From Eledone cirrhosa (lineage: Eukaryota): 64,000 bases of DNA. The DNA is taken from assembly GCA_964016885.1 (NCBI GenBank), contig OZ024766.1, positions 4,154,001-4,218,000 of the forward strand, written 5' to 3'. Below are positions 1 through 11,607 of this stretch, in pieces; the stretch's first letter is position 1; each line of letters opens with the position of its first letter. Made by a program: the position numbers and the translations under genes. Below the pieces are notes generated by a model, which saw only the letters and a program-made list of their open reading frames with translations, did no database searches and was not told the DNA's origin.

Positions 1-512
1 TTTGCTCCATGGAGGTTTTAAAGGATGCAGTGTCTCGACAGCTAACAACTGATGCAGGTAGTTTGTTCCATGGAGGTTTTAAAGGATGCAGTGTCTCGAC
101 AGCTAACAACTGATGCAGGTAGTTTGTTCCATGGAGGTTTTAAAGGATGCAGTGTCTCGACAGCTAACAACTGATGCAGGTAGTTTGTTCCATGGAGGTT
201 TTAAAGGATGCAGTGTCTCGACAGCTAACAACTGATGTAGGTAGTTTGTTCCATGGAGGTTTTAAAGGATGCAGTGTCTCGACAGCTAACAACTGATGCA
301 GGGAGTTTGTTCCATGGAGGTTTTAAAGGATGCAGTGTCTCGACAGCTAACAACTGATGCAGGTAGTTTGTTCCATGGAGGTTTTAAAGGATGCAGTGTC
401 TCGACAGCTAACAACTGATGCAGGTAGTTTGTTCCATGGAGGTTTTAAAGGATGCAGTGTCTCGACAGCTAACAACTGATGCAGGTAGTTTGTTCCATGC
501 TTCAGCAACTCT
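1..512 (-). repeat. 61-bp tandem array (about 8 units, runs off window) derived from a CR1/L2-type LINE 3' segment
   Basis: Unit gttccatggaggttttaaaggatgcagtgtctcgacagctaacaactgatgcaggtagttt. Its reverse complement matches the LINE tail at about 7750-7815. Confidence 0.85.
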
Positions 513-667
513 GTCCTAGCTTTCCAGGCTTACATGAATAGGTAAACCAAGCCAGAAACAGTTCTGCATGAGCAAAAGATCGTCATCTGATCTGACTTGT
601 CTCACAACGGGGCAACTCGTCAAACCCATGCTAGCGTGGAAAAATGGACATCAAACTATGATTATGT

Positions 668-913
668 AAGTGTGTGTGTGTGTATATATATATATTTCTT
701 TATTTTAGGTAGATATATTTCTTTATATACGTATATATATGTGTGTGTGTATATATATATATATACGTATATATGTGTGTGTGTGTATATATATATACGT
801 ATATATGTGTGTGTGTGTGTATATATATATATACGTATGTGTGTGTATATAAATATATATACGTATATATATGTGTGTGTATATATATATACGTGTGTGT
901 ATATACGTATATA

Positions 914-945
<32 letters not shown>

Positions 946-955
946 CACGTATATA

Positions 956-989
<34 letters not shown>

Positions 990-997
990 CGTATATA

Positions 998-1031
<34 letters not shown>

Positions 1032-1182
1032 CGTATATATGTGTGTGTATATATATATATATATATATACGTATATATGTGTGTGTGTATGTCGTTCTAT
1101 TCCTATTACAGCTTGATATAAGGGAGGTAACTCTCTATATACTATTTTACTGTGTCACTGCTTAGCTGAAATTTTCATAGTT

Positions 1183-1239
<57 letters not shown>

Positions 1240-1310
1240 GAAACGTTACGTTTCACTTTATTAACCTGTCGAAATGCGATTCCCACTGAATTTATATATA
1301 TATATATATA
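668..1310. repeat. (TA)n/(TG)n compound microsatellite
   Basis: Direct reading; the YIYI/VCVC ORFs here are artefacts. Confidence 0.95.
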
Positions 1311-1660
1311 TCATCATCATCTCATCATCATTTCATTTTACGTCCCCCTTTTTCCCTGCTTGCAAGGGTGGGACGGGAACTGATCCTGGCTTGATTTCTA
1401 CAGCTGGATGCCCTTCCTAACACCAACCTCATTTACAGTGAGTGCTGGGTGCTTTTTTGCCGTGGCACCCCCACGACCACTTTGCAGTGGAATGATAGGG
1501 ACCCCAGTCCCTATCATCTCATTTCTACAGCTGAGTAAACTGGAGCAATGTGAAATAAAGTGTCTTGCTCAAGGAAACAACACATTACCCGGTCTGAGAA
1601 TTGAACTCACAACCTTTCGATTGCAAGGCCAATGCTCTAACCACTAAGCCATGTGCGTCC
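1311..1660 (-). mobile_element. tRNA-derived SINE, family 1 (head TGGCTTAGTGGTTAGAGC..GTTCAATTC, TCCTTGAGCAAG core, (GAT)n tail)
   Basis: A/B-box-like head on the minus strand; many near-identical copies in the window. Confidence 0.85.
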
Positions 1661-1739
1661 ATATATATATATATATATACTATCCAGGAAGCTCCAACCA
1701 TTAAGGTTGTTTTGTTTTTTTCCGGGTATGTCAATATTT

Positions 1740-1840
1740 ATTTATAAAACAAATCTGTATTTTATCTGATGAAAGCGCACCATAATTTGCCTTGGTGGCC
1801 CTTGAAATATGTATAATAAAATAAATATGGTTTTATAAAT
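1740..1840 (+). ncRNA. Type I hammerhead ribozyme candidate, family A
   Basis: CUGAUGA 1766-1772, GAAA 1804-1807, AUA triplet 1813-1815. Stem I UAUUUUAU/AUAAAAUA plus an 11-bp distal stem; stem II AAG..CACCA/UGGUG..CUU. Confidence 0.75.
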
Positions 1841-1919
1841 ATAGTTTCCATTTATTAATATATTGTATATAATTCTATATATTTTTAATTGTGAAGCCTG
1901 CACAGTGTACTCTACATGT

Positions 1920-2110
1920 AAATAATTGTTTCTATTTTAGGCACAAGGCCAGCAATTACCCCAGTACATTACTGGTACTTTATTTTATCGACCCCCGTTA
2001 GGATGAAAGGCAAAGTTAACCTCGTCGGGATTTGAACTCAGATCATAAAGGGACGTAAATCTATGCTTCAAAGCATGGCGTCCGACCCTCTACCGATACT
2101 GCCACTCCAC
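1920..2110 (-). mobile_element. tRNA-derived SINE, family 2 (core GCCTTTCATCCT..GGGGTCGATAAAATAAAGTACCAG, Meta-SINE-like)
   Basis: Reverse complement of the copies at 25305, 34935 and 51790. Confidence 0.8.
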
Positions 2111-2199
2111 TCTACATGTAAATAATTTCACTGAAACAGGTGGAGAATTTCAAATGATGGAAGGCAGGGGGCTGAATCAAGTGTAAGAATTGCAGGAGT

Positions 2200-3560
2200 T
2201 TGTGCAGTAATATACCAGAGTCAGCATTCAGTAATCAGTAGGGAGGTAGGTGTGAAAACTGAACTCGCTATCTTCAATTCGGTATTGATAGCAACCCTTA
2301 CCTATGGTCATGAATCTTGTGTAATGGCTGAAAGAATACGATCGCGAATACTAGCAGCCAAAATCGGGTTCCTCCGAAGGGTCTTTGGAGTAACGTTACT
2401 CAATAAAGTGCATAGCTCGGAGATCAGAGAGTCACTCCAGGTAGAGCTGCTACTTCTCCGAATTGAGAGATCACAGCTCTGGTACTACAGACATGTGGTT
2501 AGAATGTCTCAGGAAAGAATCTCTGAATTGAGAGATCACAGCTCTGATACTACAGACATGTGGTTAGAATGTCTCAGGAAAGAATCTCTGGATTGAGAGA
2601 CCACAGCTCTGATACTACAGACATGTGGTTAGAATGTCTCAGGAAAGAATCTCTGGATTGAGAGATCACAGCTCTGATACTACAGACATGTGGTTAGAAT
2701 GTCTCAGGAAAGAATCTCTGAATTGAGAGATCACAGCTCTGATACTACAGACATGTGGTTAGAATGTCTCAGGAAAGAATCTCTGAATAGAGAGATCACA
2801 GCTTTGATACTACAGACATGTGGTTAGAATGTCTCGGGAAAGAATCACTGAATTGAGAGATCACAGCTCTGGTACTACAGACATGTGGTTAGAATGTCTC
2901 AGGAAAGAATCTCTGAATAGAGAGATCACAGCTCTGATACTACAGACATGTGGTTAGAATGTCTCAAGAAAGAATCACTGAATTGAGAGATCACAGCTCT
3001 GGTACTACAGACATGTGGTTAGAATGTCTCAAGAAAGAATCACTGAATTGAGAGATCACAGCTCTGATACTACAGACATGTGGTTAGAATGTCTCAGGAA
3101 AGAATCTCTGGACAGATTTTATGGGCAAAACCAACCAGCAGGAGACCTAGGGGTAGACCCTGAGCAAGATGGTTGGACAACATCCATGAGCTTGGTTGCT
3201 CTCTCTTAGAGATCCAGCCATATCGGTTGGAGATGGTTGCTTCTGAAAGATGGTTGCCCACTGAAAGGAGTGTTTTATTAGGACTCTGCCAGGAATAAAT
3301 GGGTGAAGAAGTGTATATAGCGATGACACAGATGTCAAGCTGTATCAGCCTTTCCCTTGGATAACTTGATAAACCGACCGGCAGGAGACCCAGGGGTAGA
3401 CCTGGCCCCAAGCAAGATGGTTGGATAACATCCATGAGGCTTGGCTGGTCTCGCTTGGGGAATCCAGCTGGATCAGTTAGAGACGGTTGCACCTGACAGG
3501 ACCTGCTGTTAAGAGTCCCCCACGACCCTCTTTCTGGAATGAGTGGGTGAAGAAAAAGAA
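2200..3560 (+). mobile_element. RTE-clade LINE 3' fragment containing a 65-bp tandem expansion (2460-3110)
   Basis: Translation ATLTYGHES..GFLRRVFGVT..IERSQLWYYRHVVRM is typical of the RTE C-terminus; unit period 65 bp. Confidence 0.8.
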
Positions 3561-3581
3561 GAAGAAGAAGATAATAATAAC

Positions 3582-3719
3582 CTTCACATCCAAAGAACAG
3601 GAAGGAATCCAATGCAAAATCTGCAGACTTTGCCTCTGTGTCTTGAAGAAGTGTGTAACAGCCATGGGACCATTGTCGGACTTCCTGGCTACAGCTGGGT
3701 ACACTGGTTGCTGGGGTAC
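3582..3719 (-). CDS. OGFOD1: OGFOD1 exon 11 (last exon in window)
   Basis: TPATSVPSCSQEVRQWSHGCYTLLQD..FALDSFLFFGCEG aligns with human [37 protein letters not shown]/GT ends with consistent phase. Confidence 0.9.
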
Positions 3720-3721
3720 CT

Positions 3722-3970
3722 GATATATATAATATATATAGAAGACAGAAGATTTAAGAAAGAGACGGAAGACAGAAGAGAGAAAGTCTAAGGGAGATAT
3801 ATAATATATATATAATATATATAGAAGACAGAAGATTTAAGAAAGAGACGGAAGACAGAAGAGAGAAAGTCTAAGGGAGATATATAATATATATAATATA
3901 TATATAGAAGACAGAAGATTTAAGAAAGAGACGGAAGACAGAAGAGAGAAAGTCTAAGGGAGATATATAA
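3722..3970. repeat. About 83-bp tandem repeat x3 filling OGFOD1 intron 10
   Basis: agaagacagaagatttaagaaagagacgg recurs at about 3740, 3822 and 3906. Confidence 0.9.
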
Positions 3971-3983
3971 TAAAAAGACTTAC

Positions 3984-4924
3984 ATTTTTGTGAATGATTT
4001 TTGCCATCTGTGGCCCCAGGAGGGGTGAGTTTACTGGATTCAGCTGGGGTCACCTTACTTGACTGGCGGTGTCCTACTGGCTCTGTGGACAGGGTGGGTG
4101 AACAGCAACCATCGGGCTTGCTCACAGCCAGGGGAACTTCTCCACCGCTTCGATTGGAACTTCTGTCGGCTTTCTGAGTCTTCTGAGAGGAGGCTGATGA
4201 CGGGGGTGGGGCTGTCGTTGACGAGGGCGGGGCCCTGTGGTTCTGTGCGGCGACGGTCTTCCGAACATTTCTCTTGCCATCGTTGCTGTCCTTGTCATTT
4301 TTCTTTATACCACCGCCACCACCACCACTGCCACCTCCAACTCTACTACCACCACCACCATCACCATCACCACTGCCACCACCACCTCCTCCAACTCTAC
4401 TACCACCACCACCATCACCATCACCACTGCCACCACCACCACCTCCAACTCTACTACCAACACCACCACCACCACCACCTCCAACTCTACTATCACCACC
4501 ACCATCACCATCACCACTGCCACCACCACCTCCTCCACCACCACTATCACCAACACCTCCACTATCACCACTGCCACCACCACCACCACTACCACCACTA
4601 CCACCACCACCACAACCACCACCTCCAACTCTACTACCACCACCACCATTATCAACTTTACTGCCACCACCACCACCTCCACCACCACTATCACCAACAC
4701 CTCCACTATCACCACCACCACCATCACTATCACTATCACCACCACCACCACCACCACCATCACCACCATCATCATCATCGTCATCATCACTAAGTGTGGC
4801 GTCCCTGTGCAACTTCAGTCCAGTGAGGTTGGAGAGGAAGAGGAACATAATGTCGGACTGGAGGAATCGGAGACAACCCTGGATAATCGCTGGTAAAGTT
4901 TCCTTGGTAGCCACCTGGTAGTTC
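3984..4924 (-). CDS. OGFOD1: OGFOD1 exon 10 (941 nt, includes a long Gly/Asp/Ser low-complexity insert)
   Basis: NYQVATKETLPAIIQGCLRFLQSDIMFLFLSNLTGLKLH matches human [30 protein letters not shown]. Acceptor gttgtag, donor GTAAGT; phases fit exons 9 and 11. Confidence 0.8.
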
Positions 4925-4926
4925 CT

Positions 4927-5480
4927 ACAACAACAACAACAGCATTATCACCACCACCATCATCACCACCACCACCACCACCACCACCACCATCATCAAC
5001 ACCATCACCACCATCACCACCACCACCACCACAACCACCACCACCATCATCATCACCACCACGATCATCAACATCACCACCATCACCACCACCATCATCA
5101 ACATCACCACCACCACAACCATCACCACCACCACCACCACCACAACCATCATCACCACCACCACCATCATCAACATCACCATCATCACCACCACCACCAC
5201 CACCATCAACATCACCACCACCACCATCATCAACATCACTACCACCACCACCACCACCATCAACATCACCACCACCACCATCATCAACATCACTACCACC
5301 ACCACCACCACCATCATCACCACCACCACCACCACCACCACCATCAACATAACTACCACCATCAACATCAACACCACCACCATCATCAACATCACTACCA
5401 CCACCACCACCACCATCATCAACATCACCACCACCACCACCACCATCAACATAACTACCACCATCAACATCATCGCCATC

Positions 5481-5482
<2 letters not shown>
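4927..5482. repeat. (ACC/ATC)n trinucleotide tract in OGFOD1 intron 9
   Basis: Direct reading. Confidence 0.95.
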
Positions 5483-5512
<30 letters not shown>

Positions 5513-5716
5513 GTTAAGTATTTCCACGACCACTTTACAGAGTGGACTGGGTGCTTATTGTTGTGACACCTCCATGACCTCTTTACAGTGGGAGGGGTGG
5601 GGGAATATTATCTATATGGTTCGGCTTGAAATATTATATAGAGAGGAAGAGATTATAATCACCACCACCCAAGAGAGAGGGCGTAAAGAGGGGTAGTAGA
5701 TAGTATAAATAAATAC

Positions 5717-5796
5717 CTTTGGTTTGCAGGTCCTCGATGGTGCCAAGCAATGCCGCTCTGCATAAATGCATCATTTACTGCAGAATACTTCTCAGG
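5717..5796 (-). CDS. OGFOD1: OGFOD1 exon 9
   Basis: PEKYSAVNDAFMQSGIAWHHRGPANQR vs human [27 protein letters not shown]; ttttcag / GTATTT. Confidence 0.9.
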
Positions 5797-5806
5797 CTGA
5801 AAAGAT

Positions 5807-7424
5807 TTAACCCTTTAGCATTTACATTACTCTATATATACTATTGTATTTTCACAGTAAAGGCTTTACCTCACATAATATCTCACATAACATTTACATT
5901 ACTCTATATATATTATTGTATTTTCACAGTAAAAGCTTTACCTCACATAATATCTCACATAACATTTACATTACTCTATATATACTATTGTATTGTCACA
6001 GTAAAGGCTTTACCTCACATAATATCTCACATAACATTTACATTACTCTATATATACTATTGTATTGTCACAGTAAAAGCTTTACCTCACATAATATCTC
6101 ACATAACATTTACATTACTCTATATATACTATTGTATTGTCACAGTAAAGGCTTTACCTCACATAATATCTCACATAACATTTACATTACTCTATATATA
6201 CTATTGTATTGTCACAGTAAAGGCTTTACCTCACATAATATCTCACATAACATTTACATTACTCTATATATACTATTGTATTGTCACAGTAAAGGCTTTA
6301 CCTCACATAATACCTCACATAACATTTACATTACTCTATATATACTATTGTATTGTCACAGTAAAGGCTTTACCTCACATAACATTTACATTACTCTATA
6401 TATACTATTGTATTTTCACAGTAAAGGCTTTACCTCACATAATATCTCACATAACATTTACATTACTCTATATATACTATTGTATTGTCACAGTAAAGGC
6501 TTTACCTCACATAATATCTCACATAACATTTACATTACTCTATATATACTATTGTATTGTCACAGTAAAGGCTTTACCTCACATAATACCTCACATAACA
6601 TTTACATTACTCTATATATACTATTGTATTGTCACAGTAAAGGCTTTACCTCACATAACATTTACATTACTCTATATATACTATTGTATTGTCACAGTAA
6701 AGGCTTTACCTCACATAACATTTACATTACTCTATATATACTATTGTATTTTCACAGTAAAGGCTTTACCTCACATAATATCTCACATAACATTTACATT
6801 ACTCTATATATACTATTGTATTGTCACAGTAAAGGCTTTACCTCACATAATATCTCACATAACATTTACATTACTCTATATATACTATTGTATTGTCACA
6901 GTAAAGGCTTTACCTCACATAATATCTCATAACATTTACATTACTCTATATATACTATTGTATTTTCACAGTAAAGGCTTTACCTCACATAATATGTCAC
7001 ATAACATTTACATTACTCTATATATACTATTGTATTGTCACAGTAAAGGCTTTACCTCACATAATATCTCATAACATTTACATTACTCTATATATACTAT
7101 TGTATTGTCACAGTAAAGGCTTTACCTCACATAATATCTCGCATAACATTTACATTACTCTATATATACTATTGTATTTTCACAGTAAAGGCTTTACCTC
7201 ACATAATACCTCACATAACATTTACATTACTCTATATATACTATTGTATTTTCACACTAAAGGCTTTACCTAAAGGCTTTATCTCACATAATATCGAATC
7301 TATGAGATTTTGAAAGTATTTATTTTGAGAACAATACCTTAACATCAGTTTGAGCGACCAGTTACAGCCAGTTTCAACAGAAAGAAGTAGAGAATTCTGG
7401 CCGGTTTGAACATTAAAGGGTTAA
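5807..7424 (+). mobile_element. piggyBac-type MITE with internal 72-bp tandem array
   Basis: TTAA|CCCTTTAGCATTT ... CATTAAAGGG|TTAA ends; 72-bp units inside. Confidence 0.8.
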
Positions 7425-7659
7425 AGAAACACAAGATACCTCTACCATCACAAAACCAGAAACAGTTGCTCCAGGGTGCTCTTTCTTGATTGCTAAGGTA
7501 GAGCTGAATAAATCACTAATTATGTACGGTCTGTATATCCAAAATTAAATTAAATTAAGGGAGTCATGTCCAAGACATGCGCCATATCCACCGTAGAATA
7601 AGCTCAAAGATTCCAATGAATAGATCCAAGCATTTTATATCAACTAGAAATTGATTAAC

Positions 7660-8145
7660 ATATATATGTGTCTAACACACGTGGACATGCCTACAAGATA
7701 AGAAAACAGCACAGCTCCCATGACTTTCGCAGACATTTTTTCACGCTCAGAGTTGCTGAAACATGGAACAAACTGCCTGCGTCAATTGTTAGCTGCCGAG
7801 ACACTGCATCCTTTAAGACACTCATGCTTCCCGAAATACGCCAAAACTACACCTGATGTACCCCTTCCATACACATGCACACGTGTGTATCATGACTCGT
7901 GCACTGTTCATTTTACTGATGTTTGTGCATTGCCCTATGTACTGTACATGCACTTTTTTGATGGGTTGTGGTGCACCTGGGCACTGTGCACAATATTTCA
8001 TTATTGTTATTGTTATTATATCATGACTCATACACTGTTTATTTTCCTGACATTTGTACATTATTCTATGTACTATACATGCACCTTTGATGAGTTGTAG
8101 TGCACCTGAGCACTGTACACAATAATTTCATTATTATTATTATTA
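7660..8145 (+). mobile_element. CR1/L2-type LINE 3' end with (ATT)n tail
   Basis: TRGHAYKIRKQH..RRHFFTLRVAETWNKLP is the classic CR1-group ORF2 C-terminus; a related copy lies at 51345-51790. Confidence 0.8.
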
Positions 8146-8165
8146 TATATCTAAAATAAACACAG

Positions 8166-8377
8166 GAAACAATCACAGGGGATAATTTGTAAAGTGTGTA
8201 AGCACACATACCTAGGTAGGTAACTAATTAAAGTTTAACTAGAACTTCAAATATTACCTTTTAAAAATGATTAATCATTTAAAAGGTAATATTTGAAGTT
8301 CTAGTTAAACTTTAATTAGTTACCTACCTAGCTATGTGTGCTTACACACTTTACAAATTATCCCCTGTGATTGTTTC
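8166..8377. repeat. Near-perfect 212-bp palindrome
   Basis: Arms of 107 and 105 bp centred on TTAA at 8271-8274; 1 mismatch and a 2-nt indel. Confidence 0.95.
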
Positions 8378-8459
8378 ATGTAATTATGTATGGTCTTAAG
8401 TTCTAGAGAGTGCACAGGGGAGGTTATTATGTCTGACACGAACTGAAGAATCCTACCAT

Positions 8460-9105
8460 CATTTGTTTGGCAGGCTTTCTACAGCTGGATGCCCTTTCCT
8501 AACATCAACCACCTTACAGAGTGTACTGGGTGTATTTTACCATGACACCAACACTACCACCTTACAGAGTGTACTAGGTGTATTTTATCATGACATGACA
8601 CCAACACTACCACTTTACACAGTGTACTGGGTGTATTTTATCATGACAAAAAAGCACCCGGCACTCACTGTAAATGAGGTTGGTGTTAGGAAGGGCATCC
8701 AGCTGTAGAAATCAAGCCAGAATCAGTTCCTGTCCCACCCTTGCAAGCAGGGAAAAAGCGGACGTAAAATGAAATGAATAACACTACCACTTTACAGAGT
8801 GTACTGGGTGTATTATATCATGACACCAACACTACCACTTTACAGAGTGTACTGGGTATATTTTATCATGACACCAACACTACCACTTTACAGAGTGTAC
8901 TGGGTGTACGTTATCATGACACCAACACTACCACTTTACAGAGTGTACTGGGTGTATTTTATCATGACAATAACACTACCACTTTACAGAGTGTACTGGG
9001 TGTATTTTATCATGACAATAACACTACCACTTTACAGAGTGTACTGGGTGTATTTTATCATGACACCAACACTACCACTTTACAGAGTGTATTGGGTGTA
9101 TTTTA
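8460..9105. repeat. SINE fragments plus 48-bp SINE-derived tandem array
   Basis: Unit acactaccactttacagagtgtactgggtgtattttatcatgacacca. Confidence 0.85.
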
Positions 9106-9132
9106 TACAGTCAGTATGTGGAAGGTACTAAC

Positions 9133-9246
9133 CTTGAGGAAATCTTGCAACTGTATTTCTGATTCCAATTCAAATTTCTCTCTCACTTCTGACTGGACTT
9201 CGAGATCAAGATATGATGGGTTGACCCACTCAAACAGGAGATCTGT
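9133..9246 (-). CDS. OGFOD1: OGFOD1 exon 8
   Basis: TDLLFEWVNPSYLDLEVQSEVREKFELESEIQLQDFLK vs human [35 protein letters not shown]. Confidence 0.9.
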
Positions 9247-9303
9247 CTTAAAGAGGGTACATATACCAAATAAGAAGAGTTGACCCACTGAAATAGATCT
9301 TTC

Positions 9304-11018
9304 TTAACCATTTACATTACTCTATATATACTATTATATTTTCATGGTAAACACTTTACCTCACATAATATCTCACATAACATTTACATTACTCTATATA
9401 TACTATTGTATTTTCACAGTAAAGGCTTTACCTCACATAATACCTCACATAACATTTACATTACTCTATATATACTATTGTATTGTCACAGTAAAGGCTT
9501 TACCTCACATAATATCTCACATAACATTTACATTACTCTATATATACTATTGTATTGTCACAGTAAAGGCTTTACCTCACATAATATCTCACATAACATT
9601 TACATTACTCTATATATACTATTGTATTGTCACAGTAAAGGCTTTACCTCACATAATATCTCACATAACATTTACATTACTCTATATATACTATTGTATT
9701 TTCACAGTAAAGGCTTTACCTCACATAATATCTCACATAACATTTACATTACTCTATATATACTATTGTATTGTCACAGTAAAGGCTTTACCTCACATAA
9801 TATCTCACATAACATTTACATTACTCTATATATACTATTGTATTTTCACAGTAAAGGCTTTACCTCACATAATATCTCACATAACATTTACATTACTCTA
9901 TATATACTATTGTATTGTCACAGTAAAGGCTTTACCTCACATAATATCTCACATAACATTTACATTACTCTATATATACTATTGTATTTTCACAGTAAAG
10001 GCTTTACCTCACATAATATCTCACATAACATTTACATTACTCTATATATACTATTGTATTGTCACAGTAAAGGCTTTACCTCACATAATATCTCACATAA
10101 CATTTACATTACTCTATATATACTATTGTATTGTCACAGTAAAGGCTTTACCTCACATAATATCTCACATAACATTTACATTACTCTATATATACTATTG
10201 TATTTTCACAGTAAAGACTTTACCTCACATAATATCTCACATAACATTTACATTACTCTATATATACTATTGTATTTTCACAGTAAAGGCTTTACCTCAC
10301 ATAATATCTCACATAACATTTACATTACTCTATATATACTATTGTATTGTCACAGTAAAGACTTTACCTCACATAATATCTCACATAACATTTACATTAC
10401 TCTATATATACTATTGTATTTTCACAGAAAAAGCTTTACCTCACATAATATCTCACATAACATTTACATTACTCTATATATACTATTGTATTGTCACAGT
10501 AAAGGCTTTACCTCACATAATATCTCACATAACATTTACATTACTCTATATATACTATTGTATTTTCACAGAAAAGGCTTTACCTCACATAATATCTCAC
10601 ATAACATTTACATTACTCTATATATACTATTGTATTGTCACAGTAAAGGCTTTACCTCACATAATATCTCACATAACATTTACATTACTCTATATATACT
10701 ATTGTATTTTCACAGTAAAGACTTTACCTCACATAATATCTCACATAACATTTACATTACTCTATATATACTATTGTATTTTCACAGTAAAGGCTTTACC
10801 TCACATAATACCTCACATAACATTTACATTACTCTATATATACTATTGTATTTTCACAGTAAAGGCTTTACCTGACATACTATTGAATCTGAGATTTGGA
10901 TATTATTTATTTTGAGAACAATACCTTAACATTAGTATGAGTAGCTGGCTACAGCCAGTTTGAACTGAGGTGAGAAAATTCTGGTCAGATATGGCCGGTT
11001 TAAATGCTAAAGGGTTAA
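9304..11018 (+). mobile_element. piggyBac-type MITE with expanded 72-bp array
   Basis: Same internal sequence as 5807; right end AAATGCTAAAGGG|TTAA; left TIR partly deleted. Confidence 0.8.
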
Positions 11019-11067
11019 ACCCTTTTGCTGTCATATAAAACCCCTATCTTTGTGTATTTTCAATGTG

Positions 11068-11273
11068 TTAACCCTTTAACATTTACATTACTCTATATTT
11101 ACTATATTTTCACAGTAAACATTTTATCTCACTTAATATCAAATCTATGATATTTTGATATTATTTATTTTGAGAACAATATCTTAACATCAGTATGAAT
11201 GGCCAGTTACAGCCAGTTTGAACAGAAAGAGGTGAGAGAATTCAGGCCGGATATGGCCGGTTTAAATTCTAAT
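11068..11273 (+). mobile_element. Unexpanded (single-unit) copy of the piggyBac-type MITE, about 205 bp
   Basis: TTAACCCTTTAACATTT start, one diverged unit, same 3' body as the expanded copies. Confidence 0.75.
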
Positions 11274-11422
11274 GAAGAAGAGATCTATCTTGAGAGACAA
11301 TACAGTAGTGTGTGAATCTCCCTGAGAATTATGTCAAATGTACAGCCACATGGAGACCCAACACACACACACACACACATTCCTTTCTACAAGGACCCAC
11401 CATAGCAATGAAGCAATCTTAC

Positions 11423-11554
11423 CTCTGATTCAAGAGATGGACACAAGGGAAGCTTACTGGTCTGCCCCACAAGCTTGGGCCGAGGTAGCTTGGGTCCATG
11501 GAACCATCCAGTCACAGACAGACGAGTTTTTTCCTTGGAGAGAACCTCAGACAC
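11423..11554 (-). CDS. OGFOD1: OGFOD1 exon 7
   Basis: [21 protein letters not shown] (2OG-binding RxS) vs human [21 protein letters not shown]. Confidence 0.93.
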
Positions 11555-11607
11555 CTGAAAAGTAGAAAAACATTTTTATATGAGCTGGGGCCGAGGCAGC
11601 CTGGGTT

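Noticed and set aside
513-3580. Searched for the remaining OGFOD1 exons (GGFTSYIA..EDEELL)
   Set aside because: Not found by eye; presumed to lie beyond the left edge rather than lost.
4059-4921. Plus-strand poly-His/Thr/Pro ORFs
   Set aside because: Antisense shadows of the Gly-rich OGFOD1 exon 10.
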